Of a stretch of DNA of 64,000 nucleotides, positions 1 to 12,345 are shown one piece after another; position 1 is the stretch's first letter; each line of letters opens with the position of its first letter. A program made the position numbers and the translations under genes. Location of the stretch: assembly GCF_001194135.2 (NCBI RefSeq), contig NC_068982.1, positions 6,607,260 through 6,671,259 on the forward strand, read 5' to 3'. Under the pieces are notes generated by a model, which was given only the letters and a program-made list of their open reading frames with translations, was not told where the DNA came from and searched no databases. The stretch comes from Octopus bimaculoides. Taxonomy: Eukaryota.

Positions 1-252
1 CCGTATGCCCACGAGCATATGGCATAGTGGTTAAGAGCACGGGCTACAAACCCCAAATAATAATAATATCGAAAGATACTTTAGGAATGAGAGCCCAGGT
101 TCGAAATTTCCCCAAGACACCTGATGAAGGCTGGAGGGTACATCAGCCAAAACGTTGTGTTAACAACAAACAAGATGAGGACAAATGTCCATCAAATGTA
201 AATAATGTAAATAATGTACATAATTCCTCATCTCTGAAATATAGAACTGTAT
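1..252 (+). mobile_element. tRNA-headed SINE-like element carrying a hammerhead motif (copy 1; T-arm region deleted)
   Basis: A-box-like TGGCATAGTGG at 20-30, then (AAT)n and a body nearly identical to 18097-18268 and to the reverse copy 17790-17925. Confidence 0.8.
116..161 (+). ncRNA. minimal type I hammerhead ribozyme motif, G12>A mutant
   Basis: GACAC-CTGATGA-A-GGCTG(10 nt)CAGCC-AAAA-CGT-T-GTGTT. Stems I and II pair and stem III is the ACGT palindrome; GAAA reads AAAA. Confidence 0.75.
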
Positions 253-1334
253 GTAAATGAAGTTATTCACAATGGTGCTAGTCTAATCTTTTACTACTTT
301 ATATCTGGTGAATAGTTTATACTATTTGTCGAAGAAGGATCATTTCTGAGGAACAATAAGAACAAGTAAAAGGCTCCATCAAGAACCCTTCTCCTCTTTC
401 TTCTGAATATGAAAACATAGAGAAGAATAGGTTCACATTCTTCTTTAACCCATAGATAGGCCTTGTGATATTCAAAATTACTTCAGTTCTTCTGATTCCT
501 GCTATGTAATGCATAAAATATATATACTGTTATTTCAAATTTCTAAGTTAATTTTAAACATGATAATCAGGATAAGATATTTGCAAAACATTATATGGAT
601 GTTATCAGAAGCAAATTAAAGTAAAAATAAAATAACCTTAAATTTATTTTAAAAAAAAATAGAACTTGAAATCTTTTGTCTGAGTGGCTGGTTTTGGAAT
701 ACAATAGATATAATTATAGGATGAATATCAACCGTTGTCCTTATTCTAGCTGCCTTAAATGGAATCTGGAGATAATCGGTGATGGTTGGACATTATTGTT
801 CAAACATAAGTGGCTGATTAAAACAGGAAATACTATTTCACTGTGGATTAATTAGTCCATTAGCATATTCAACATGTTCTTTCCTTCAACAAAAGCCTCT
901 CTAGTGACATCTGATTTATTATGATTATCATTGTCGTTGTTGTTTTTGTTTTTGCTTTTGTTTTTTTTTTTTGCTGTTGTTTTGGTTGTTATTGTCAGTG
1001 GTGGCAGTGGTGAGGTTCTTGTTGTTCTCTGTAAAGGCTCACATTTCCAAATAGAAGATATCTTCTTCCAGAATTATAAGAAAAATGTTTCTTTCTTCCA
1101 TTATCAGTGAAAATGCTTTAGAATATTTGAACAACTTTCTCAAATAGTTGAGTAAGGAAAACATTGGTTTTTAGATATTTTACAAATTGTTCACATATTT
1201 TTACAAACAGTGATGTGCAATAGTTAGATGTGTTGCAAGATGGCCACCACATGGATGGTAGCGTAACCATAATTAAACATAGGACCAAATTATTCTTTTC
1301 TACTCTAAGCCCAAGGCCCAAAACTTTTGAGGAG

Positions 1335-1450
1335 GGAGCCATTCAATTAGATCGAGCCCAGTGTGAAGGGCAAAGTTGACCTTGACAGAAATTGAACTCA
1401 ATACATAAAGACAGACGAAATACCGCTAAGAATTTTGCCTAGCATGCTAA
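1335..1450 (-). mobile_element. SINE family B fragment
   Basis: Matches AAAGGCAAAGTCGACC...GAACTCAGAAC...GAAATACCGCTAAG of the 55022-55263 copy. Confidence 0.7.
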
Positions 1451-1492
1451 TTAGAACCAAATTATTAATTAAACAGTTCCACTTACAACACA

Positions 1493-1992
1493 TATTGAGT
1501 CATCCCATAAATAATGTTGTTTTATCAATTGAATGAACTAAAAGTCAGAGGGAGATGGAATAAACTACCTGCATCAACTTGCTATAAATGCAGGTAGTAA
1601 TTTTACCTTACTTATTCTTAGTACAAGTTTTGAAGAGTGCAGTTCTATTTTAACAGTTTCTTTTTCAGAGCTATAATGGAAGTGACAAAGGAACATATTC
1701 TGCATATTTTAATTTATGAGTTCAATAAAGGTAACAATGCATCAGAAAGTGCGAGGACTATTAATGCAGTATATGGGGATCAGACAATAAGTGTAAGCCA
1801 GTGTCAACGATGGTTCCAGAAATTCTGAGTCAGAAACTACAGCCTACAAGATGAGCGCCATCCTGGAAGATCTGTAGAGCTCGGCATGGATGTCCTGCAA
1901 ACCATGGGGGAATAAAATCTCATTGTAACTGTTCAGGAACTAACAGAGAAGTTTAGATTTGGTCATTCAACCATTCATCAGCACCTGCATAT
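1493..1992 (+). pseudogene. mariner (Tc1/mariner) transposase 5' remnant
   Basis: From 1676: MEVTKEHILHILIYEFNKGNNASESARTINAVYGDQTISVSQCQRWFQKF*...ERHPGRSVE...TVQELTEKF...HSTIHQHL, the mariner HTH region with stops. TIR-like sequence near 1493. Confidence 0.85.
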
Positions 1993-2173
1993 ATATCATA
2001 ACATTTCTGTTATGATTCCTAATGGAATTCACGTGACTCATGTTGTTGCACCATGAACAGGGCTTACCTCTCTTGTGGTTGTTTTTCAAGGTACAGCGTG
2101 TAGATACTCCAATGTTCTTTTTTTTTTGGAGTCATAAATAGAGGACAATAACTATGTTATATTCTTATTCCTT

Positions 2174-2522
2174 CTAAAGTATTCGAGCAGTTCCAAACAG
2201 TGCTGTTTTCTGCAAGTGCTCCACCACTATTGCAGCCCCTATTTGTTCCATCTACTTCTGAAGATTTTTACTCACTGTTCCCAGGGCTCCGACAATTATT
2301 GGTACTACTGCTACCTTTTTCATCGACCACAGCTGCTTAACCTCCCTAGCTAACCTGTCATATCTATCAACTTTTCTTTCTTCCTTATCGCATACCATAT
2401 TGTCAGCTGGGCTTGCTATATCTATTATCCAGCATCATTCGCTTTCTTTCTCAATTAAGACTATGTCTGGCTTCCTATTCTCTTTCTCATGGTCACACTG
2501 AATCATAAAATCCCACAGGATC
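2174..2522 (-). pseudogene. RLE-type (R4/Dong-like) non-LTR retrotransposon C-terminus
   Basis: ILWDFMIQCDHEKENRKPDIVLIEK...WIIDIASPAD...VPIIVGALGTVSKNL...LQKTALFGTARIL*, a PD-(D/E)xK endonuclease motif. Confidence 0.85.
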
Positions 2523-2525
2523 TTT

Positions 2526-2586
2526 TATTATTATTATTATTATTTTTATAACGTGCTTTCACTTCACTACCGAGCGCAGTATTATG

Positions 2587-2626
<40 letters not shown>

Positions 2627-2627
2627 G
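2526..2627. repeat. (ATT)n microsatellites flanking a short R4-like 3' end fragment
   Basis: Direct reading. 2543-2580 matches the start of the 8376-8600 copy. Confidence 0.85.
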
Positions 2628-4002
2628 GTGGCAAACCAATGTTATCTTGAATAAAGGTATCTGAATATTATTTATTTAAAGAATAACAGCTGTGCGTATG
2701 TCTTCAACTTTAGAACAGCTTATGTAAGCATTTCAAACAAGATTGTGAATTTCTTGTATAATTTATTTTCCCTGTCTTCAGTCTGTCAAGTTTCTCACCA
2801 TTAACCTATGAATTGATCTATATTTGTATCTCCTAAGTAACTTGCTTACTTTGAATTACCAAGTTTGGAAAGAATAATAATGATAATTTCCTTGTTCTGA
2901 TAAAAGAGTAAAAAAAAATTAACATTGGTTTTAATTGTACTTGCAATTAATTCTAACAATTTTACTGACATTATATCTTCTTCATCATTTGCACACAGCT
3001 GAGTGTGCAAATATATTATCTTGATTATATCAACTTCAATGGTTTAAAACTGGAATCAATAAACAAATTTTACTTGTTTTATTCTCTATTTTCCAAAAGT
3101 ATGTCTGTTTGACTTTCATAAGTCACATCAAATAAAGAAACAAAAGGAAAGATTATATTACTAGTTTGTGGTTTAGATTCAACATCTAAGATAAAAATGA
3201 TATCTAAATAGGAATTGCAATAAATTTAAATCAATTAATATTATTTTCTCATTTATCATTCTATTTTATTTGATTCTCTACATCAGCTTTGTTCTGCATT
3301 TTCTCTTACAAAATGATTGTCTATTATAGCAATTAACAATCTTATGTTGTCAAATCTGCCAATATATAAAAATGAGGGTGATACATTAGATAAGATATTA
3401 GACTTCTTGCACCCGGATCCACTACTGGTATTCTAGTATGTTTGAGAACAGAACGTTTTTCTAACTAAGGCAAACTGTTGGGAAGAGACAAATAATTTGA
3501 AATGCCTTTTTGTTGTAATGAGTTCCCTTGTTCGGCCCTAAGCAGTTATCCTACCTATTTAAGAATTTTGTTCGGTAGACTTTTGTTGTTATTCGGTTTT
3601 GCTATTATATGCTCATCTCCGTTTCCATCATTTTTGTATTTTGTCCATTATGCTGTCTCTGTATTTTTTGAGGCCTCAAGGCTTAAGACATTATCATTGT
3701 TGTTGTTGTTGTCATTGCAATCATCATAATATTTGACCTTCATAGAGTGGAGATGTCTTTTGGATCTTCCTTTCAAAGACATTTTATTCAAGCATTAGCT
3801 GTGGTTGCCTAAGGAGGGACTGCCCTTGATATCTAGAAGCAGATAACAAGAAAAGGAGATTTGTTTCACAAACTTTCAAGACTTTATTAACATGCATTAT
3901 ATTTTCACGTCCAAAATAACTGCCACACATAATTATGATACACAAGAGTAAGCATTACAGTGGATAAAAAGACAACACAATCAAAGCATACAACTAAATA
4001 TA

Positions 4003-4462
4003 CATCATCATCATCATCGTTTAACGTCCGCCTTCCATGCTAGCATGGGTTGGATGATTTGACTGGGGACTGGCAAAACCAGATGGCAAAACCAGGCTCC
4101 AATCTGATTTGGCAGAGTTTCTACAGCTGGATGTCCTTCCTAACGCCAACCTCTCCAAGAGTGTAGTGGGTTCTTTTACGTGCCACCAACACGAGGGCCA
4201 GTCAGGTGGTACTGGCAACGACCATGCTCAAAATGGTGGTTTTTACATGCCACCTGCGCAGGAGCCAGTCCAGCGGCACTGGCAATGACCTTGCTCGAAT
4301 GTTTTTTCACGTGCCACCGGCACAAGTGCCAGTAAGGCGACACTGGTAACGATCACACTCAAATGGTGCTATTTACGTGCCACTGGCATGGAAGCCAGAC
4401 AGCTGCTCTGGCAATGATCACACTCGGACGGTGCTCTTAGCGCTCCACAGGTGCCAGTCATC
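4003..4462 (-). mobile_element. retroposon family C (RTE-like 3' tail ending GGACGTTAAAC(GAT)n; internal ~63-bp tandem units)
   Basis: Shares GGATG(C/T)CCTTCCTAACGCCAACC and GTGCCACCGGCAC units with about 20 other copies in the window. Confidence 0.85.
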
Positions 4463-4560
4463 TACAAAAGGGACAGTAAATAAATAGTATAGTAGAAGCA
4501 TACACACATACACACAAGCATATACACATACATTGCATCGAAATTGTATTCAAAAATTAC

Positions 4561-4599
4561 CTTGGATAGATTTAACTTGTTAAAGTTATCCAATAATGG
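4561..4599 (-). CDS. candidate exon of unidentified minus-strand gene (PLLDNFNKLNLSK)
   Basis: ttcttatgcactag acceptor, AAG|gtaatt donor, 39 nt open, phase 0-0, compatible with the exon at 6593-6636. Confidence 0.3.
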
Positions 4600-5414
4600 C
4601 TAGTGCATAAGAACTGTATCTGTAACATTCTGTTCATTTGTGGAAGTTCTGATAAAGGAAAATTTAAGAGGCTCTTAAAAGTTAGAAATGAGCAACTATG
4701 ATAGTTCTTAATGAGAGGAGAAAACATCAAAGTCAGGAATGATTGAATGTATTTGGTACAAGAAAGGACTCCATTATGGAATTAAACACCCATAACTGAC
4801 ACACAATAACTGCCGAAACTTGGACGAAAGAACCGGTCCATGTAATGCTTATTGTTAATAGAATAAGTGAAACCAGTTGTGACATTAGCTTAATATGGCT
4901 ACCTTTCTTGAAAGATAAATATAAATTATCTCAAGTTATAACCTCAATTGTATTTCTATTCATGAGAAATAAAGTCTCTGGGCTTAAATTCCATCTGATA
5001 CACATCAAGGCATAAGATGCTTGGTAATAATCAAAGATCAAACTGATCACAATGTAGTGTAGATATTTATACCAAAACTCTATTTCAGCTCTTAATTTAA
5101 GGTTAACAGTCCTTTACAAATCATCAACTACTTGAATACCATTTAGACAAAGCTCCTTCCAAACCCTGTTTATAGGAAATATCAGGTCCTGTAATAATTT
5201 GTCATGTCTAGTTTACAGAGTTTTCAGACTTTTTCCTCAGCGATGATAATCAAGACCAGTTCTTTCTTTCTTCTTAGTCTAATGATAAAATCTGTAACCT
5301 AAAGTTATCTGCAGCTCATGCCAGAGATTATGGTTACAACAACACAATGCTGCATGAGATGTCTCAAATATTGTGCAGGGGGATTCATCTGCCACTCTCT
5401 TCTTATCACTGTGA

Positions 5415-5900
5415 GTCTTTTCATATCATCATTATCATCAGCAGCAACAACATTTAACATTTGTTTTCCAAGCTGGTATGGGTTAGATGGTTTTGCAAGA
5501 GTTGACAGGGTCAGGGTCCACACCAGATTTCATTGTCTGTTTTGGCATGGTTCCTACAGCTGGATGGCCTTCCTAATGCCAACCACTTTACAGTGTGTGC
5601 TCGGTGCATTTTACATGGCATCAGCACCAGTGTTTTTTGCATGGCACCAACACTGACAGGGTCGACAGATATCTTGCAAGATGAAAACCTTTCAATTGTG
5701 TGGGGAGGAGTAGTACTGAAGGGTGTATGGTTTTGTGCCAGTTGAAAGATTTAAGGTATAGAAGGGACTTGGTGTTGAGTGAATACATGGATACTCCAGG
5801 AAAAAGACAAAGGTGAGTGAATTAGGGAGTAAGATAAAGAGTGTGACAGGGAGAGAGATGATGCTAAAGGCATGTCATGACATATCCTTGAGGGACAGAA
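5415..5900 (-). mobile_element. family C variant with purine-rich extension
   Basis: Family C tail plus 5670-5770, which is similar to the reverse complement of 10580-10700. Confidence 0.6.
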
Positions 5901-6592
5901 AAAAAAAAAACTAGGAAAATTGTGTATAATGCCACCCCCTTATGTATTTCTCACCAGACATTACAAAAGTATTACATATAATCTTTAATTTCAAGTCTCA
6001 CATCACTGAGACAATGCCTTCAATTCCAAACATATTTCAACAATTTATTTCTAACTTTCAAAACTCTGAAAGTGCAACTAAAGTGTGTGAGTTATTTAGA
6101 CATAGCATAAAAAAAAAAAAAAAATGTAACTAATACAGATGTGACAGTATGTCAATCACATTATTCTATTATCTAGAGTCAATTGGTTTGAAGATAATCT
6201 GACATAAGTAATTGTGGAAATCAGTATTAATTGCTTTCATGAACTTTCAAATAGAAGTCAAAAGAAGTCTTAACTTTTTTTTTTTTTTTTCCCTATGACT
6301 TTGCAAATAAATTAGTTTAAAAAACCCAAAACAACTCACTTTATTCCAGAATGTTTTAAGTAGACATACAGATATTGAAGATAGATATTAACACAACTAT
6401 TTGCAGGAAATCTTCAATTCAAGTTATCCGTTTATTCTTTTTACTTTTGCCTTATCTCCAAGTTTTTTTTTCTCCCAATAGACAAGTTTATGAATTATTT
6501 CTATTGTATTCTTGTCTACAAATTGAAATAAGGAGAATCCCTCCCTCTAGTTTCTAAAACTGTTTACTGACAGCTTTTATAGAAAAACTTAC

Positions 6593-6636
6593 TGACACGA
6601 TTTGATACATGAGGTCCTTATGCAGCTGAATCGAAT
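6593..6636 (-). CDS. candidate exon of unidentified minus-strand gene ((D)SIQLHKDLMYQIVS)
   Basis: tttttttcagtgtttag acceptor, consensus gtaagt donor, 44 nt open, phase 1-0. Confidence 0.4.
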
Positions 6637-6807
6637 CTAAACACTGAAAAAAACTCAACCAACTTCATACCACTAAATTAGTTAATAAATAAATGAAAGA
6701 CAATTATGATCTTAGTATTTTTTACTTATAATTCATAATTTCCAATACAGCATTGTGTTATTTTTTAGAATAGAGAATAGCTCATTACATTCCCTTTTTC
6801 AATATAC

Positions 6808-6954
6808 CTATCTCATTCTGTGATTTAATGGCTAACATTATCCAACAAATGCTATCATAAAATATCTTCTCTGTGGAAATATCCTCTATATAAAAAGCAA
6901 TTATTTTATAATAGGCCTTGAAGTGGGTTTCATATATTTTCTTTAGTTGACATC
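6808..6954 (-). CDS. candidate exon of unidentified minus-strand gene (CQLKKIYETHFKAYYKIIAFYIEDISTEKIFYDSICWIMLAIKSQNEI)
   Basis: 147 nt open in very AT-rich unique DNA, cag| acceptor and G|gtatat donor, phase 1-1, joins 6593-6636 in frame. Confidence 0.35.
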
Positions 6955-7010
6955 CTGATATTTTAGCATCATGCTCATAGCCATTCACTGATTTGTCAAG
7001 CTGTTATACA

Positions 7011-7395
7011 TAGGGGCTGGTGTGGCTGTGTGGTAAGAAGTTTGCTTCCCAACCTCATGGTTCCAGGTTCAGTCTCACTGTGTGGAACCTTGGGCAAGTG
7101 TCTTTTACTGTAGTTTTGGGCCAACCAAAGCCTTGTGAGTGGATTCGATAGATGGAAACTCATAGAAGCCCATCGTGTGTGTGTGTCTCTTTGTGTCTGT
7201 GTTTGTCTCCTATCACCACTTGACAACTGGTGTTGGTGTATTTATGTTGCCGTGGTTTAGCAAAAGAGACCGATAGAAAAAGTATCTGGCTTCATAAAAA
7301 AAAAAAGTATGGGGGCCATTTGTTCAGCTAAAATTTTACAAGGCAGTGCCCCAGCTTGGCCGCTATTTAATAACTGAAACAAGAAAAAAGTAGGA
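7011..7395 (+). mobile_element. tRNA-derived SINE family A (full length)
   Basis: Head GTGTGGCTGTGTGGTAAG (A box) and GGTTCAGTC(C/T)CAC (B box), body AAAGCCTTGTGAGTGGATT, A-rich tail GACTGAAACAAG; at least 12 copies in the window. Confidence 0.9.
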
Positions 7396-8287
7396 GATAG
7401 GAACAAAAACATTCTGTTAACAGTCCCTTGTTATTAGGAACAAGTTGCAATAACAAATGACATTACATCTGATGTTGTCATAATTAATTAAGAGTGAAAA
7501 TACACTTCCAAAAATGTTTACAATAATCTTTTTTTAATTTAAGCTATTGTTTGAGTATTTGAATATGGCACATAACTTTTATTGGTCTTTTTCTGTTCAC
7601 TTAATCAAACAGGTTTCTTTTCTATATGCAATTTTTTTTTTGTTAGAGCAGGCCAAGCACTTAATTGCAAAAACACAATTGCTCTCCATCTGATCTGAGT
7701 GTGGGTTTCTCTTCCAAGCTCTCTGGATAAGGATTCTTCTCCTTTCTGACATCACAGATATTAAAAATGGTAACCCATGAATTTCTCACAATGCAACATA
7801 ATTGATTACTGAGAGAGAGAGAGAGAGAGAGGGGGGAATGAAAGACAAGAATAATCTCTCATACATGACTTTTACTTTATTTGTTGACCCAGAAGGGACG
7901 AAAGGCAAAGTTGATTGCAGTAGAGTTCTATCTGATCACTCTACTAATTTACTGCTAAACGGAAAAAAAAAAAAAAAAATTAATGGGAAACATATGTAAT
8001 CACATACATAAAAGTCAAAATTATCAGAGAGGTGGAAATAAAGTCTTCATCTCTTGTTAATATCAAAGTAATATTATTATTATTATTATTATGTTGTTAT
8101 TTTTCTTCTTTCTTCAAATTTTCTTCCATTTCTCACCAAGTGTTTTCCGTACACCTAGGGTAGAGAAACCCGTTGTATGCATTCCCAGTTTACACACGCA
8201 AATTCACAGGTAAAACATGTATTTAAGAAAAAAAAAAAAATTTCATGAATAGATGTTATTTTCACAGCGATAATGCTCTTCTCAGTA

Positions 8288-8289
8288 CA

Positions 8290-8343
<54 letters not shown>

Positions 8344-8360
8344 TATTATTATTATTATTG
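8288..8360. repeat. (ATT)n microsatellite
   Basis: Direct reading. Confidence 0.95.
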
Positions 8361-8375
8361 TTGTTCAGAAGTTTT

Positions 8376-8600
8376 ATTTTTATAACGCGCTTTCTCTTCA
8401 CTACTGAGTGCAGCTCTGTGTGCTTAGGGTATGTGCTGTGGTTTGCTGTGGTGCTCTTATGGTTACTGTATTCAATGTGCTTTGCGTAGGATGTGTGCAG
8501 TGCCTAATAGTGCTACTTTCTTTGTGTTATATATATATTTGTAAGTCCTGCTGTTTTTGTTATGTTTTTATCATACCTAATGCGCCCACTACGATAGGAA
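8376..8600 (-). pseudogene. R4/Dong-like LINE 3' end
   Basis: IVVGALGMIK..., followed by a frameshifted ...ALLGTAHILR-like terminus and 3' UTR abutting (ATT)n. Confidence 0.7.
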
Positions 8601-8694
8601 NNNNNNNNNNTGTATTTTGAAAGTTTCTCCATTTCTTTTAGAGAAACGTTGTCATCTGTTGGTATTGATACATCAATTAGAAAACATTTTTTTC

Positions 8695-8822
8695 TTCATG
8701 ATCTCTGACAACTATATCTGGCCTATTGGCCTCAATTTCTCTATCTGTGTGTATTAGCATATCCCATAGTATGGTTGCTTTCTCATTTTCTGTTACCTTT
8801 TCTGGTATGTACTTATACCATC
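8695..8822 (-). pseudogene. R4/Dong-like LINE fragment
   Basis: WYKYIPEKVTENEKATILWDMLIHTDREIEANRPDIVVRDHE. Confidence 0.8.
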
Positions 8823-9169
8823 TTTATTACTATTATTATTATTATTATCATCATTATTATTATTGTTGTTGTTGTTGTTAACATTTCATTTCTCAGAAAT
8901 CTCTGCCTTACTTGCTCTGGTTGATTCTGTGAGAGTGCACAACAACCTGTTGTCAGAGGTTTCACAGAGTCTCCTTCCAAGACTTGCTACTTGAATTTTT
9001 ACTATCATGGAAGATACTCAGCACCCAATCACCCCCACTATCACCTAATTAATCACTATTATTATTATTATTATTATTTGATGGAAACTCACACCTTATT
9101 TTGCTGAGTATGATGGAAGGTGTCAGCTGTCCGCAGCCAGCAGACTAAGGTGACCCTTGTTTACTGGTC

Positions 9170-9358
9170 ATGCTTCAAGAACTCTGGGAAGAATTCTTGC
9201 AGTTCCAAGCAATGCTGGTTTTTGTAGGTCTTTTATCTTTATATCTGCACCAATCTTTTTGAGCTATGTTGGTAGTTGACTGCTGATATTTGCAAATGTG
9301 CCAATTACTATTGGTGCCACGTCTACTCTCCTCATTGACCACAACCTTTGTATTTCTC
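9170..9358 (-). pseudogene. R4/Dong-like LINE C-terminus
   Basis: EIQRLWSMRRVDVAPIVIGTFANIS...LKKIGADIKIKDLQKPALLGTARILPRVLEA*. Confidence 0.8.
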
Positions 9359-9360
9359 AC

Positions 9361-9618
9361 TTCAATTTTCGTGCAAAAGTTGGTTTAATCGCTCTTCATG
9401 GAACTCAACTGGATGGCCAGAATGAGGTGCATCTTTGAGGTCAAAATTTCCATTTTTGAACTTGGCATACCAATCATGAGTGCTTCTTTCAGCTATGGCA
9501 CCCTCTCCATACACATCACAAATGTCGTGAGCAGCTTTTGCAGCATTAGAACCTTGATTAAAAGCAAAAGAAGGAGGTGTCGAAAATACTCGTCTTTCTT
9601 AACTTGACATTCCAATTT
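9361..9618 (-). pseudogene. mariner transposase N-terminal remnant
   Basis: EYFRHLLL(fs)AFNQGSNAAKAAHDICDVYGEGAIAERSTHDWYAKFKNGNFDLKDAPHSGHPVEF. Confidence 0.85.
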
Positions 9619-10045
9619 AATGATCTGAAAATAAACAAAAATTAACTAAATTTAACTAGAAAAAAAAAATAGATTCCAAAATGATTCAAAAATAGAATTC
9701 TTAAGAAAAATAGATTCCAAAATTTAAAAACGCAATAAATTCCAANNNNNNNNNNNNNNNNNNNNNNNNNNNNNNNNNNNNNNNNNNNNNNNNNNNNNNN
9801 NNNNNNNNNNNNNNNNNNNNNNNNNNNNNNNNNNNNNNNNNNNNNNNNNNNNNNNNNNNNNNNNNNNNNNNNNNNNNNNNNNNNNNNNNNNNNNNNNNNN
9901 NNNNNNNNNNNNNNNNNNNNNNNNNNNNNNNNNNNNNNNNNNNNNNNNNNNNNNNNNNNNNNNNNNNNNNNNNNNNNNNNNNNNNNNNNNNNNNNNNNNN
10001 NNNNNNNNNNNNNNNNNNNNNNNNNNNNNNNNNNNNNNNNNNNNN

Positions 10046-10917
10046 TGGATTGCCCTTTCAAATGCCAACCACTTTACAGTGTGGACTGGGTGCTTCTTTA
10101 CATGGCACCAACATTGGCAAAGGTCACCAAGTAACTTGTAAGACAAGGAATCTTTGAAAGAGGAGGGGGGGCATTGGAGGAGGGGATCTTGTGTCAGAGG
10201 ATGAAAGGTTAGAGTGTGACAGAAAGACAGAGAGACACAAACAGGTGTCTTGCCGTAGAGGAAATACGTGGTTACCTGGCCAGAGAGAGGTGGGGAGGGA
10301 GTTAACAAGAATGAGAACAGAAACAGGTGTGCTGCTGTAAAGGAGATGCATGGAGATACAACCTGAGGGAAGAGCAGGAGAAGGAGAGAGGGACAGAGAG
10401 GAGAAGATAGCAAAGATGCAAGAGGGCGCAGGAGAGAGAGATGGAGGCAAAGTGCTGGGCTATACTCACAAGAAACGGGAGTGTATATATGCTTACATGC
10501 ATGTATATGCATCTCTCTCTCTATGTTACTCTCTGACTCACTCTCCTTTTTTTCCAACAAGGGCAATCCATTTATATACAGTGAGACGCCTGTCTCTGTC
10601 CCTCTATACCTTTAATCTCTCAAATGGCACAAATCCACCCCCCTCAATACCACTCCCCTTTCTCAATTGAGGATTTTTGCTTGTTTTTGTCTTGCAAGAT
10701 ACTTGGTGACACTATCGGCGATGGTGCCACATAGAAAGCATGCAGCCCGCTCTGCAAAGTGGTTGGCTGTAGGAAGGGCATCCAGCTGTAGAAACCATAC
10801 TAAAGTAGTCAATGGAGACCGATATGGTTCCTGGCTTTGCCAGCTTCTGTCAAAACCCTTTCAACTCATGACAGCATGGAAAACAGTTGTTAAGTCAAGA
10901 TGATGATGATGATGATA
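10046..10917. mobile_element. two family C variants head-to-head (10046-10440 minus, 10580-10917 plus)
   Basis: Family C motifs at both outer ends with GA-rich and CT-rich inner parts. Confidence 0.6.
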
Positions 10918-11429
10918 CATAAGTGTAATATTTTCACATTCTCAAAATGTACTTATGCTTTTAAAATGTCTGTGCTGGTGACACGTAAAACGCACCCATT
11001 ACAATCTCAGAGTGGTTGGCGTTAGGAAGGGCATCCAGCTATAGAAACTTTGCCAGATCGGATTGGAGCCTGGTGCAGCCTTCTGGTTTGCCAGTCCTCA
11101 GTCCTCAGTCAAACTGTCCAACCCATGCTAGCATGGAAAGCAGACGTTAAACAATGGTTTATGATCATGATCATGATATCTCTTTTAACAATTATTTCTA
11201 AGTTTGAATTATCGGATTTAAATGTTATAAGCAAGAATGCATTGCAGAATTATTGGGACAATTGTCATTTGCAGCTGGTTAGAGTTATTTCTACTCTAGC
11301 CATTCAACAATGAGTTATGCCATTTTTAGGCATTTAACAGGAAGATGCCACCATTTTAGTGATCATTAAAGTATCCAAACCTAAATGATATTTGGCTAAT
11401 TAACCACTTATTAATATATATTCTTAGAC

Positions 11430-11610
11430 ACACACTGGGCAAAATGCTTAGTGGTATTTCATCTGTCTTTACATTCTGAGTTCAAATTCAGCTGAGGTCA
11501 ACTTTGCCTTTCATCCTTTCGGGGTTGAAAAATTAAGTACCAGTTGAACACTGGGGTCGATGTAATCAACTAGTCCTCTCTGCAAACATTCTGGGTTTTG
11601 TACCTAGAGT
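11430..11610 (+). mobile_element. SINE family B (5'-truncated)
   Basis: TTCTGAGTTCAAATTC...GAGGTCAACTTTGCCTTTCATCCTTTCGGGG...AAGTACCAG. Confidence 0.85.
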
Positions 11611-11923
11611 ATATATTCTTAGACAATTTTGATGCTAGATTTGGAAATTTCCTGGCATTAAATGAAATTTTTATTTCTTACACATTGCTGTCATCTTTTA
11701 TATCTTCTATCTTTTACTTGTTTTAGTCATTAGACTTTGGCCATGCTGGGGCACTACCTTGAAGAATTTTAACTGAACAAATCAACCCTAATACTGAGTT
11801 TGTTTTTAAAGTCTGTTACTTATTTCATTGGTCTCTGAGGACGTAAACACACCTACACCGGTTGTCAAATGGTGGTGGGTAACAAACACAGACACAAAGA
11901 TAAACACACATTGGTATTATCAT

Positions 11924-12345
11924 CATCATCATTATCAACATCATCATCGTTTAACGTCCGTTTTCCATGCTGGCATGGGTTGGACGGTTCGATCGGGTTC
12001 TGGGAAGCCAGGATGCTGCCCCAGGCTCCAGTCTGATCTGGCAATGTTTCTACAGCTGGATGCCCTTCCTAACACCAACCCCTGTGTGAGTGTAGTGAAT
12101 GCTTTTTACGTGCCACCGGCACAGGGGCTGGAGGAGGCTGGCAATGGCCATGATCGGTTGGTGCTTTTTGCGTGCCACCGGCACGGAAGCCAGTCAAGGC
12201 GGCACTGGCATCGGCCATGTTCGGCTGGTGCTTTTCACATGCCACCGGCACAGGTATCACAACTACAATTTCCATTTGATTTTCATTTTGATGTTGGTGT
12301 ACTTGACTCTGTAGGTCTCCTCAAGCACAGCAGGTCGCCCTACAA
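11924..12345 (-). mobile_element. retroposon family C
   Basis: (CAT)n-CGTTTAACGTCCG tail and 2-3 tandem units. Confidence 0.85.

Noticed and set aside
2966-3049. Exon candidate whose best acceptor gives an in-frame TAA; considered rescue by A-to-I editing
   Set aside because: Alternative downstream acceptors avoid the stop, and the exon itself is unproven
9724-10566. Longest ORF in the track (280 aa)
   Set aside because: Spans a 300-N gap and low-complexity family C sequence
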